Shown: piece after piece, positions 18,304 through 27,132 of the stretch
How positions within the stretch are numbered: position 1 is the first letter of the stretch
How the letters are laid out: each line of letters opens with the position of its first letter
Source of the DNA: an uncultured Myxococcales bacterium
GTDB taxonomy: Bacteria; Myxococcota_A; UBA9042; CAIXZC01
Direction of reading: 5' to 3'
Assembly (NCBI GenBank): GCA_903895725.1
Contig: CAITUV010000063.1
Location: 51,902-115,901, forward strand
Length of the DNA stretch: 64,000 nt
Position numbers and translations under genes: made by a program
Notes under the pieces: model-generated
The model's database searches: none
Told to the model about the DNA's origin: nothing
Seen by the model: the letters and a program-made list of their open reading frames with translations, nothing else

Positions 18304-19599
18304 CTACCGCTCGAGGCCAACCTCGGCCTCGCTCTCCAGGACTTCCACCGTCCCCTCGAGCCGGCCGTCGGCCAGCAGCATCTCCACCCGATCCCCTACC
18401 GCCGCGGCCGAGCAGCGGGTCACCGCCACCCGCTCCGGAAGCCTGCGGACGATGGCATACCCACGCTCCAGAACCGCTTGCGGACCGAGCTGCTCCAACT
18501 GGGCACCGGCATGCTCCACCCGACGCCTGGCCCGGTCGAGCAGGTTGTCCATCGCCACGAGCAGCCCGCGGCCGAGCCCCGCCGCCCGCTCCGACTGGCG
18601 CTCCACGGCAGCAGCCGGGTGCGCCCCCGCCAGTGCGGCCTTCATCCTGGCCAGCCGCTCCGCAGACCGCTGGAGTTGCCGGTCCGACAGCTCGAACACC
18701 CGGTCCACCAGGTCCGCCACGCGCATCTCCCGCTCTTCCAGCATCCGGTCGACCAAGCGGTCCATGGAGAGGCCGGCCTCGTCCAGCCCCGCCCTCAGCT
18801 CGGCACGGTCCGGAACCACCATCTGGGCCGCCGCAGTGGGGGTCGGTGCCCGCCGGTCCGCGGCAAAGTCGCACAGCGGCGTGTCCACCTCGTGCCCGAC
18901 TGCCGAAATCACCGGCGTCCGGCAGGCAGCCACCGCCCGCACGACGGCCTCGTCCGAGAACGGCAGCAGATCCTCGAACGCCCCGCCGCCCCGGCCCACG
19001 ATGATCACGTCGACCTCCGGGTCCTCATCGAGCACCGTGAGCCCCGACACGATGTCGCGGGCCGCCGCATCCCCCTGGACCTGCGCCGGATAGAGCTTCA
19101 CACGGCTGGGAAACCGCTCCTCGATGATCCGCAGCATGTCCCGGATGGCGGCCCCGGTCTCGGAGGTCACGATCCCGATGGTCGACGGCAGGTAGGGGAT
19201 CTCCTTCTTGCGGGCCTCGTCGAACAACCCCTCCTGCGCCAGCCGCCCCTTCAGCTCCTCCAGCTTCTGGAGCAGCAGCCCCCGCCCCTGCGGTCGCACC
19301 TGGTCGATGACGAGCCGGTAGCCGCCCGACGGCTCGTACAGGCTGATCCGCCCGTGGCAGACCACCTGCAGGCCGTCCACCAGCTCGTCCGGGCGCAGCG
19401 CCAGGAATCGAAGCTGCCCCCGGAAGATGATTCCGTTGAGCCTGGCCCCCTCGTCCTTCAAGGTCAGGTACACGTGACCGGAGCCGTGCAGCTTGCTTCC
19501 CACGACTTCGCCCGATACCCAGACGTCCGGGAACTCCCCTTCCAGGAGATCCTTCATGCGGGCGGTCAGCCCGCTCACCGACAGGATGTCTTGTTCCAT
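18304..19599 (-). CDS. xseA: Exodeoxyribonuclease VII large subunit
   Basis: LSVSGLT, VWVSGE, SGHVYLTLKD, GIVTSETGAAIRD, RGGG, SAVGHEVD, PTPTAAA, VLERGYAIV. Confidence 0.97.
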   Translation of the reverse strand: MEQDILSVSGLTARMKDLLEGEFPDVWVSGEVVGSKLHGSGHVYLTLKDEGARLNGIIFRGQLRFLALRPDELVDGLQVVCHGRISLYEPSGGYRLVIDQVRPQGRGLLLQKLEELKGRLAQEGLFDEARKKEIPYLPSTIGIVTSETGAAIRDMLRIIEERFPSRVKLYPAQVQGDAAARDIVSGLTVLDEDPEVDVIIVGRGGGAFEDLLPFSDEAVVRAVAACRTPVISAVGHEVDTPLCDFAADRRAPTPTAAAQMVVPDRAELRAGLDEAGLSMDRLVDRMLEEREMRVADLVDRVFELSDRQLQRSAERLARMKAALAGAHPAAAVERQSERAAGLGRGLLVAMDNLLDRARRRVEHAGAQLEQLGPQAVLERGYAIVRRLPERVAVTRCSAAAVGDRVEMLLADGRLEGTVEVLESEAEVGLER

Positions 19600-19638
19600 G
19601 GAAACCTGCTGACCGTCCGACCCACGGCCCGTGGCGTT

Positions 19639-22600
19639 CTAGAAGTTGTACGCAGCGTGCTTGCCCGCCGTCCCGCCCATGCCCGGGTTGCCCTTCGAGG
19701 CACCGCCCTGGCCGCCGGTACCGCCAGCCCCGGCCAGCGTCACCGGGTTCTGGTTCTTGTAGCCCGCCAGCACCTCGGGCGGCGTGACCAGCGAGAATAC
19801 GAAGATCCCGATCGAGGAGCCGCCGCACCCACCACCACCTCCTCCTCCATGTCCTCCATTGCCTCCATGGCCGCCGGCACCGCCTTCACCTGCGCACCAG
19901 ATGAGCTGGTTTCCCGACCCATCCTGGCCGCCGGAACCGCCCCAGCCTCCAGCACCGCCGTTGCGCCCCTTGCCGCCGCGGCCGCCGGTGCCGCCGCAAC
20001 CAGTCGATATCTGGTTCTTCTCCAGCACCGGGTACCCCGCGGGCTCCTTGGTCCATGCCAGGAAGATGCCGAAGCAGCCTCCTCCCCCGGTCCCCGGATC
20101 GCCCCCCGAACCCGCACATCCGCCGCTGCCGCCTCCTCCGCCGCTGCCACCGATGTCCCAGCCGCCGAGAGGATCCTGGCACCCGTGCGTTTCCACGCCA
20201 CCCCCGGCACCGCCGCCGCCCCCCCCCGCACCGGGCAGCGCATAACCACCCGTCACGCCGGGCAATGCGGACCAGTCCCCATTGGCCACCGCTCCCTCGG
20301 TGTTCACGCACCCGGCCCCGGGCCCTCCGCTGGCACCCTCCAGGCCTCCCTTCCCGTTCTGGCCGTCCGTTCCGTAGAGGCTCAGGTGGCAGTATGAGCA
20401 GTTCAGGTAGTCCCACTCGCACTTCTTCCCGTCGAACAGCACCGTCTGCATGGCATCATAGCCCGCCGACCCCCCGACTCCCCCCTTGCCGGCCGGAAGC
20501 CCGCTCGTGCCTCCCTCCACCAGGTTCGGGTTCTGGTTCTCCGAGATCGGGCAGGCCGACGAGGGACCGAACTCGTCGTAGTCCGGGCAAACCGAAGCCC
20601 CGCCAAGCCCGCCGGAAACGTCCGCTCCCGGACACGTGTGCTTTCCCCCCGCACCGCCCGCGGTCGAGCTCCCGTTGCACCCTTCCGTCGGTAGATCCGA
20701 TGCCGGCTTCCCTGACTGACCCGCCGCACCGTCCAGACCGTCGACCCCCATCTTGCCGCTTTCTCCCGGGCCACCCTTGCCGGCAATGAGCTGGTTGTCC
20801 CGCACCACGAGGTTCGCACCGGCATCGAGCAGGTGAATCACGTACGACGAGCGCCCCACCGCCAGTGCATCCGGCCCTTTGACCACGAACCCCTCGAACG
20901 AGCTCTTCGTCACCCCCACTCCGTTGGCTACGACGGTTGCCTGGAGTGCCCCGGGCAACGGGCTTCCCGTCAGCGTCGACACATACTGCGCCGGCTTGCG
21001 CACCGAGAAGTCCGGAGAGAATCCACCGAACACCTGCACCCCGTCCACCAGCGCAATGCTCTCCACGTACGCACCCTCGGCAACATACAAGTGCTTCTTG
21101 GCCTTCTCCTTGCACCGCTGGAGCCCCATGCTTATCGTCCGCACGGGAAGCTCCGGAGTCCCCGGATTCGTGTCGCTTCCCGCCACCGAAACGAAGATCG
21201 CATTGGCCGGATCCCCGTCGATGCCGTCACAGTTCTGGTCGATGCCGTCCGGAGGATCGTCGGCCGAAACGAACGGGCACTCGCAACCGTTCACCAGCAA
21301 CTTGTCCAGGTCCACCCACAAGTCGTTGCACTTCATCACGCAGACCGGAACGGCCGGAACCGGGTCGCACACCGACTTGGCATTCGGGAAGATCTGGACC
21401 GTGCAGTCGTTTCCGCACCCGCCGCAATCCTTGTCCGTCGAGTACTGCCCGCTCACCGGGTCCACGAACCCCTCGTCCACCACCTGGTCGCAGTTGTCGT
21501 CCTTGTAATTGCACGTCTCCGTCTCCGGAGGAGGAGCATCACACACCAGACCCGCTTCCCCCTCGCACTGGAAGAACCCGGCGCAGCTCCCGACGCCCGG
21601 AATGGCATTGGCGCAGGGAAGCACCCCATCCAGATCCTCGTCCACCACGCCGTCGCAGTCGTTGTCCACAGCGTCGCACTCCTCCGCAACGGGCACTGCC
21701 GCATCGCACGCAAGCCAGCCCGCAGCCTCACACACCTGATAGCCGAGGCACGTGCCGAGCTCGCTGCTGTTGGCGCAGGTCTTGACCAGCCCCACCGTAT
21801 CCGGCGTGCACTCGCAGCTCCCGGTCACCGGCTGGCAGCTCCCCTCGCCCGAAGGCTCGCCCGAGTCCGACTCGCATTCATACCCTTCCGGGCATTCGGA
21901 GGTGCAGTCGGGCAGGCAGTACTTCCCCCCCCCTACGTCGTAGCACCCGCCGCCGGGGCAGTCCCCGTCAAGCTCGCACGGCACGCAGGCCGCACCCGTC
22001 ATCACCACGCAGGTCATCCCGTCGGCCGTGTAGTAGCCCGGGTCACACGCCCCCACCTTGCACACCGGTGGCGGCGGTGCCAGCGAGCAGAATCCCGTTC
22101 CGTTCTCGATGGCCTCGGCGCACGAGTTCCCGCACTCCCCGCAGTACTCAGGACCGAAGTACCATTCGCCGACCTTGAAATCCTCGTCCGTCTCCCCGTC
22201 GCAGTCGTTGTCCAGCTCGTCGCATTCCTCGGCCGCCGGGACCGCCGCATCACAGGCCCAGATCCCCTTGTCCTCACACGAAGCCAGCCCCAGGCAAGTG
22301 CCGAACTCGTTCTCGTTCGCACACGCCTTCTTGTCCGTCACCCCCGGGTCGCACGCACACACTCCCCCAAGCGGCTGGCAGAAGTACCCCAGCGCAAACT
22401 CCTCGCACGTGAAGCCCTCGGAGCAGAACCCGTTGGGACAAGGAAGCAGGCAGAAGCTGCCGTCTCCCATGGCCACGCACGAGCCCGTCTGGCACGTACC
22501 GTCCCCCACGCACGGATCACAGAGCCCGAAGCCGCCCGCAACATCGACCGCATCCCCGGGAACAACCTCAAGAGCACCGATCTCCGAGTCCACCTGCATC

Positions 22601-22803
22601 TTGCTGGCCGGCGAGCTGGGGCACCCCGGAAGCAGCAGCGCCGCAAACCCGAGCGCCACAAATCCGGGCGCTACGAACCGCTGCGGCCGGGACCTCGACG
22701 CCGCCGGTCTAGGCGCTCCGAGCTCCGGCATTGCCAACCTCAACCCCGAAAACAGAGAGCCAACTCCACCCCGCCCGTCGGTCCAGTTCTTCCTGCCGCC
22801 CAT
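19639..22803 (-). CDS. Large Cys-rich surface lipoprotein: MopE-type metal-binding repeats, beta-helix-like domain, Gly-rich C-terminus
   Basis: Lipobox LLPGC; EECDELDNDCDGETDE-type repeats; IFVSVAGSDTNPGT; GxxG runs; start uncertain (22731, 22803 or 22893). Confidence 0.85.
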   Translation of the reverse strand: MGGRKNWTDGRGGVGSLFSGLRLAMPELGAPRPAASRSRPQRFVAPGFVALGFAALLLPGCPSSPASKMQVDSEIGALEVVPGDAVDVAGGFGLCDPCVGDGTCQTGSCVAMGDGSFCLLPCPNGFCSEGFTCEEFALGYFCQPLGGVCACDPGVTDKKACANENEFGTCLGLASCEDKGIWACDAAVPAAEECDELDNDCDGETDEDFKVGEWYFGPEYCGECGNSCAEAIENGTGFCSLAPPPPVCKVGACDPGYYTADGMTCVVMTGAACVPCELDGDCPGGGCYDVGGGKYCLPDCTSECPEGYECESDSGEPSGEGSCQPVTGSCECTPDTVGLVKTCANSSELGTCLGYQVCEAAGWLACDAAVPVAEECDAVDNDCDGVVDEDLDGVLPCANAIPGVGSCAGFFQCEGEAGLVCDAPPPETETCNYKDDNCDQVVDEGFVDPVSGQYSTDKDCGGCGNDCTVQIFPNAKSVCDPVPAVPVCVMKCNDLWVDLDKLLVNGCECPFVSADDPPDGIDQNCDGIDGDPANAIFVSVAGSDTNPGTPELPVRTISMGLQRCKEKAKKHLYVAEGAYVESIALVDGVQVFGGFSPDFSVRKPAQYVSTLTGSPLPGALQATVVANGVGVTKSSFEGFVVKGPDALAVGRSSYVIHLLDAGANLVVRDNQLIAGKGGPGESGKMGVDGLDGAAGQSGKPASDLPTEGCNGSSTAGGAGGKHTCPGADVSGGLGGASVCPDYDEFGPSSACPISENQNPNLVEGGTSGLPAGKGGVGGSAGYDAMQTVLFDGKKCEWDYLNCSYCHLSLYGTDGQNGKGGLEGASGGPGAGCVNTEGAVANGDWSALPGVTGGYALPGAGGGGGGAGGGVETHGCQDPLGGWDIGGSGGGGGSGGCAGSGGDPGTGGGGCFGIFLAWTKEPAGYPVLEKNQISTGCGGTGGRGGKGRNGGAGGWGGSGGQDGSGNQLIWCAGEGGAGGHGGNGGHGGGGGGGCGGSSIGIFVFSLVTPPEVLAGYKNQNPVTLAGAGGTGGQGGASKGNPGMGGTAGKHAAYNF

Positions 22804-22896
22804 GTTCGACCTCTTGGCTGTTGCACCGCCGTCGCCATGATACGCAGGCGGGCGGAGCGACACAAGAACTCCCGATGTCTTGTTGCGCTCCAAAGT

Positions 22897-22977
22897 CTAC
22901 AGGTCGTCTGGTCGAGCCAGCACCTCGAACCCCTCTGCCTCGAAGTGCCGGTCGAACGTGAAGGCTGTCGACGTCCA
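22897..22977 (-). pseudogene. C-terminal remnant of a PIN-domain (VapC) toxin gene
   Basis: Reads WTSTAFTFDRHFEAEGFEVLARPDDL*; AFTFD-x-HF-xxx-GF is the typical VapC C-terminal motif; no plausible upstream domain in frame. Confidence 0.6.
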
Positions 22978-23037
22978 GTTTCCCCGTGCATGCCCCGGAT
23001 CGGTGGGGTAACATGGTGACCCACGGAGGTTCCAGCA

Positions 23038-26000
23038 ATGAAGCCCAGCATCCCAGGTTCGGCGTGTTTGGCCAGGCTCGCCAGTCCCCTCGGTTTCCCG
23101 GCGCTGATACTTTGCGTGGCGCTTTCATCGGCCTGCGGCGCCAAGTCCGACGGGTCGGACGTGCCTGCCCCGAGCGACACAGAGGGGGCGGAGGTGCCTG
23201 CCCCGAGCGACACAGAGGGGGCGGACGTGCCTGCCCCGGGCGACGTTGAAGGGTCGGACGTGCCTGCCGCGGGCGACGTCGAGGGTTCGGACGTGCCTGC
23301 CCCGAGCGACGTCGAGGGTTCGGACGTGCCTGCCCCGAGCGACACAGAGGGGGCGGATGTGCCGGACGTCTGCCCTGCTCCACCCCCCGGTCCCCACGCC
23401 CGTCTGTGCGAGATCGGCTGCGACGGCCCGGAGTCCTGTGGCGACGGCAACATGTGCCTCCAGTTCCAGGACATCGGCCAGTTCTTCTGTGCGACCCCCT
23501 GCACCGGAGTCCCCCCCTCCTGCCCGTTCGGCTTCTACTGTGCGGATGTGAGCGGCAAGTCGATGTGCGTCCCGTCGTCCGGAGATTGCCGCACCGCCCT
23601 CCTCGGAGTCGACTGCAACGCGCTCGAATCGGACCTCGCCGGCCTGTGCAAAAACGACTATCCTGTCTGCACGTCCACCGACTGGCGTCCCGGCTACTGC
23701 ACGGCTGCGTGCGATACGGACGCAGACTGCCCCGGAGCCTTCCGCCGCTGTCTGCCCACTCCGGATCCCTGCCTTCCCCCCAAGGTCTGTCGGGCCGCAT
23801 GGGAGTCGGGCCCCGAAGGCTGCGGGGTGGTCTCGGGGGACAGTGCGGGCAATGGGTCGTCCTGTCGGGACGACGACGATTGCATGCCCGACCAGGATTG
23901 CGTCAAGCCCCCGTTCGAACAGAAGCTGCGCCCCTTCTGCGCGGCCGCCTGCAACCTCGACGGCGACTGCCCTGCGGGGACCGTGTGCGAGGACGTCGCA
24001 GGAAGCAAGCGGTGCATCCCTCCCTCTTGCCAGTGCCTGCTGTCGAACGGCTCCCTCTACGATCAGGTGCTCGAGGCTCTGGAGCTCCCCCGCTGCAAAG
24101 CCATGTTCCGACGGGACTGGCTGATGCTTTTCCCCTATGCCCTCTCGCACGATCCCTGGCGCCTGCGTCACTTCCACGACCTGCACGACTTCCCCGAAGC
24201 TGCGCTGCCCGCCGCATCCGATGACGTCGCCGGCCTGGTCGCCAAGAAGGGCCCGGAGCGCGTCGTCGAGGCCATCCGAAAGAGCATGACGCTCATCGAG
24301 CGCACCGAAGACTACTCGTTTCTTCCCGCCGAAGCCCCCGACGGCCCGGCGGACGCAGTCGCCACGTTCATTCTGGCTGCGGGCGGGACCCCCGACTCGG
24401 CCAAGCTCTCCCTCGCGCTCGCCCCTCTCCCGAGCGAGCTGGCACCTGCATTCACTGACATCGTGACGGCCATGACCGGCGCCGTTTACGCCCGCAAACA
24501 GGCATCGAAGACGCTCGGTGACACCGAGCTCGAGAAGTACCTCTTCGACCTGACCCACGGCTTTGTCGCCATCCCCAAGAGCAAGCTGGGGCTTCCTGCC
24601 GGCAACAAGGACGTACAGAAGGCGCTGCTCGGCAAGTTCGATGTCGGCTTGATCGGGTCTGCTGCCATCGTGCTTGCGGAAACTGTCGAGGCCGCCTTCG
24701 ACAAGGGGCAGCTTGCCCCCGATGCCAAGTACACCGGCTTCTCCATCAAGATCGACACGCCGGCGGGCCTGATCCTCGTGGGAGACAACGGCGACACGAC
24801 CTGGGATGCCCAGGAGCTCGGTACCTCCGAGATCGCACTGCTTATCGATACAGGCGGGAACGACACCTACCGGATTCCGGCCGGAGCGAACGCCACGCTG
24901 GACAATCCCGTGTCGATTCTCATCGATCTGTCGGGCAAGGATGACTACGGATACGTCGAGGCCGCCCCGGCACTCGACCCGCTTCTGCTCCCCGAGGACG
25001 AGGACGGACGATACACCCCCAAGAAGCCGCCCAACGAGGACAACGGGCCGTTCTCTCTCTCGGACCGCAACCGTCAGGGGAGCGGACGGCTCGGGGTCGG
25101 GATGCTGTACGACCTCGGCAGCGATGTCGACCACTACGCTTCCCTCCGCCTGTCGCAGGGATTCGGCGTGCTCGGGGTAGGCGTCCTCTACGACGCCGGC
25201 GGCGACGACTTCTACGATGCCGAAGCCGCATCCCAGGGTGCGGGCATCTTCGGAATCGGAATCCTGGCCGATGACGGCGGAGACGACCTCTACACCGCGT
25301 TCCAGTGCGTGCAGGGGTTTGCCTACGCGTACGCCGTTGGCATCCTGCTGGACCAGGCGGGCAACGATGGCTACACCGCTCGTCTCGGCGACCCGGCAAT
25401 GGGCGGCTACCCGCTCTACTATAATCCGCAAAACCCTGGAAAATCAAATACTTCCATGTCTCAAGGGTTTGGTTTCGGCCGTCGGGCGGACATGACCGAC
25501 GGCGTGTTCATGTCCGGTGGATTCGGCATCCTGGTGGACCAGGCCGGGGACGACGTGTACCAGGCGGACATCTTCGGCCAGGGCGGCGGCTACTGGTTCG
25601 GTACCGGGATCCTGGCAGACCAGGGAGGCAGTGACTCCTACTCCGGACGCTGGTACGTGCAGGGAGCCGCTGCCCACTACGCCACCGGGATCCTGCTGGA
25701 GGGGAGCGGCGACGACCTGTACAACCCCGACCCGTCCATTCCGCTGCTCAACGCCAGCGTTGGCCTGGGGCACGACTGGTCGCTGGGAATCCTGCACGAC
25801 AAGGCGGGCAACGACGACTACCGTGCCCCGAGCCTTGCCGTCGGGGCTGGCAACGCGGACGGCCTCGGCTTCCTCGTCGACGGACAGGGGGACGATTCCT
25901 GGTGGTCCTCCGCCAACAACACGTTCGGGCATGCCAACGCTGGGGACTACGCCAAGTACCCGGTCTTCGAGACCTTTCCCTGCATCGGCATCTTCCTGGA

Positions 26001-26160
26001 CGGCGGCGGCCAGGATGCGTACGAGCGTCCCGACATGACGACCGTGTTGCTGGAGGACGATTCCGTCTGGGTCAACCCGGCCCCGAACAGCCTCCCGGAC
26101 ATCGAGAAGGGAGGCGGTGCTGACGGAAACGGAGCTCCGGTCGGCTTTGCCGGTCTATAG
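23038..26160 (+). CDS. Large lipoprotein: 11-aa repeat linker, Cys-rich region, about 12 C-terminal GxLxDxxGxDxY repeats
   Basis: Lipobox LSSAC; repeats such as GILADDGGDDLY, GILVDQAGDDVY, GILHDKAGNDDY. Confidence 0.85.
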   Translation: MKPSIPGSACLARLASPLGFPALILCVALSSACGAKSDGSDVPAPSDTEGAEVPAPSDTEGADVPAPGDVEGSDVPAAGDVEGSDVPAPSDVEGSDVPAPSDTEGADVPDVCPAPPPGPHARLCEIGCDGPESCGDGNMCLQFQDIGQFFCATPCTGVPPSCPFGFYCADVSGKSMCVPSSGDCRTALLGVDCNALESDLAGLCKNDYPVCTSTDWRPGYCTAACDTDADCPGAFRRCLPTPDPCLPPKVCRAAWESGPEGCGVVSGDSAGNGSSCRDDDDCMPDQDCVKPPFEQKLRPFCAAACNLDGDCPAGTVCEDVAGSKRCIPPSCQCLLSNGSLYDQVLEALELPRCKAMFRRDWLMLFPYALSHDPWRLRHFHDLHDFPEAALPAASDDVAGLVAKKGPERVVEAIRKSMTLIERTEDYSFLPAEAPDGPADAVATFILAAGGTPDSAKLSLALAPLPSELAPAFTDIVTAMTGAVYARKQASKTLGDTELEKYLFDLTHGFVAIPKSKLGLPAGNKDVQKALLGKFDVGLIGSAAIVLAETVEAAFDKGQLAPDAKYTGFSIKIDTPAGLILVGDNGDTTWDAQELGTSEIALLIDTGGNDTYRIPAGANATLDNPVSILIDLSGKDDYGYVEAAPALDPLLLPEDEDGRYTPKKPPNEDNGPFSLSDRNRQGSGRLGVGMLYDLGSDVDHYASLRLSQGFGVLGVGVLYDAGGDDFYDAEAASQGAGIFGIGILADDGGDDLYTAFQCVQGFAYAYAVGILLDQAGNDGYTARLGDPAMGGYPLYYNPQNPGKSNTSMSQGFGFGRRADMTDGVFMSGGFGILVDQAGDDVYQADIFGQGGGYWFGTGILADQGGSDSYSGRWYVQGAAAHYATGILLEGSGDDLYNPDPSIPLLNASVGLGHDWSLGILHDKAGNDDYRAPSLAVGAGNADGLGFLVDGQGDDSWWSSANNTFGHANAGDYAKYPVFETFPCIGIFLDGGGQDAYERPDMTTVLLEDDSVWVNPAPNSLPDIEKGGGADGNGAPVGFAGL
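23152..23364 (+). repeat. In-frame 33-bp tandem repeat, about 6.5 copies (G[SA]DVPAPSD[TV]E)
   Basis: Direct inspection of DNA and translation. Confidence 0.9.
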
Positions 26161-26255
26161 GCCCCGCTCGAGACAGAGCTGCCCCGAGCTGACTCCGGGG
26201 AGGACAGGCGACGGGGTGCGACAGAACGTGGGGAAGCACCCCTGACAGACCGGCA

Positions 26256-27128
26256 ATGCCCGGTGGGAGGTCCAACGTGTCCAGAACAGTCGTGATTGCC
26301 CTCCTGGCCGGCCTGCTGGGGGCAGCGCTCGCAACGGGCACCATCCTGCTCCTCTACGGGCCGCCCGGAAGCCGGCCGACCTCCGGCGCATCCGTCCGGC
26401 CGGACCCCGCTGAGTCGGACGTGAGCGACCTTTCCGAGGACGTCGAGGACGACGCTACGTTGCCGGGCGAAACCCTCGAATTCGACCCGTCCTCCCGCAC
26501 ACCGCCCGCGCCGAGCCCCGCTCCGGTTTCCCCGCCATCCCCCTCCGCCGGGCCCGTCTCGCCGTCGCCCCCGGCCGTCGCCCCCTCGCCTCCCCAGCCC
26601 CTTGGGGTCGCGTCATCGTCCCAATTGGCTGCGCCGGCTGCCTCGGGCCCATCCCATCCCCCCGTCCCCTCAGGTCCCCCGGCGTCGGGGGGTACCCCGG
26701 CCGCCCCGGTCGCCGAGCCCCCGGGCCACCCGCTGGCACCTCCGTCTTCCGAGCCGGCCTCGTCGAGCTCTGGCGACGTCGTCTCCGACGTCCCGGAAGT
26801 GGAAGAGGCCCCCCTGGTCTGGGACATTGACAAGGAATCGATCCACCAGGCCCTCGTTTCCCAGATGCCCAAGTTCAAGGAGTGCTACTCGGCATGGGCT
26901 GCCATGCAGCCCGACCTGGCCGGGCGCCTCAAGATTGGCTTCACCATCGGCCGGGCCAATCCTGGAGACGAGAACGCATCGGTGATCCAGGCCGACGTGC
27001 TCGATTCCCAGCTCGACAACGAGTTCTTCCAAGGGTGCATCCTGCGGACGGTCGAGGACTTGAAGTTCGTCCCTCCCGAAGGAATCATCCGTGTCAACAT
27101 CCCCTATGTCTTCCGCCAGGAGGAGTGA
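26256..27128 (+). CDS. Single-TM protein with Pro-rich linker and AgmX/PglI-type TonB_C-like C-terminal domain
   Basis: N-terminal TM; IHQALVSQMPKFKECY..LAGRLKIGFTI..CILRTVEDLKF..VNIPYVF. Confidence 0.8.
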   Translation: MPGGRSNVSRTVVIALLAGLLGAALATGTILLLYGPPGSRPTSGASVRPDPAESDVSDLSEDVEDDATLPGETLEFDPSSRTPPAPSPAPVSPPSPSAGPVSPSPPAVAPSPPQPLGVASSSQLAAPAASGPSHPPVPSGPPASGGTPAAPVAEPPGHPLAPPSSEPASSSSGDVVSDVPEVEEAPLVWDIDKESIHQALVSQMPKFKECYSAWAAMQPDLAGRLKIGFTIGRANPGDENASVIQADVLDSQLDNEFFQGCILRTVEDLKFVPPEGIIRVNIPYVFRQEE

Positions 27129-27132
27129 GCCC

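Noticed and set aside
18188-18874. N-terminal extension of the S16 protease ORF given by the track
   Set aside because: It overlaps xseA in another frame; ATG 18187 gives a proper lipoprotein signal
18304-19599. xseA without an adjacent xseB
   Set aside because: The two subunit genes are often unlinked; nothing suggests loss
19639-20800. PE_PGRS assignment for the Gly-rich tail
   Set aside because: No PE domain; the similarity is compositional only
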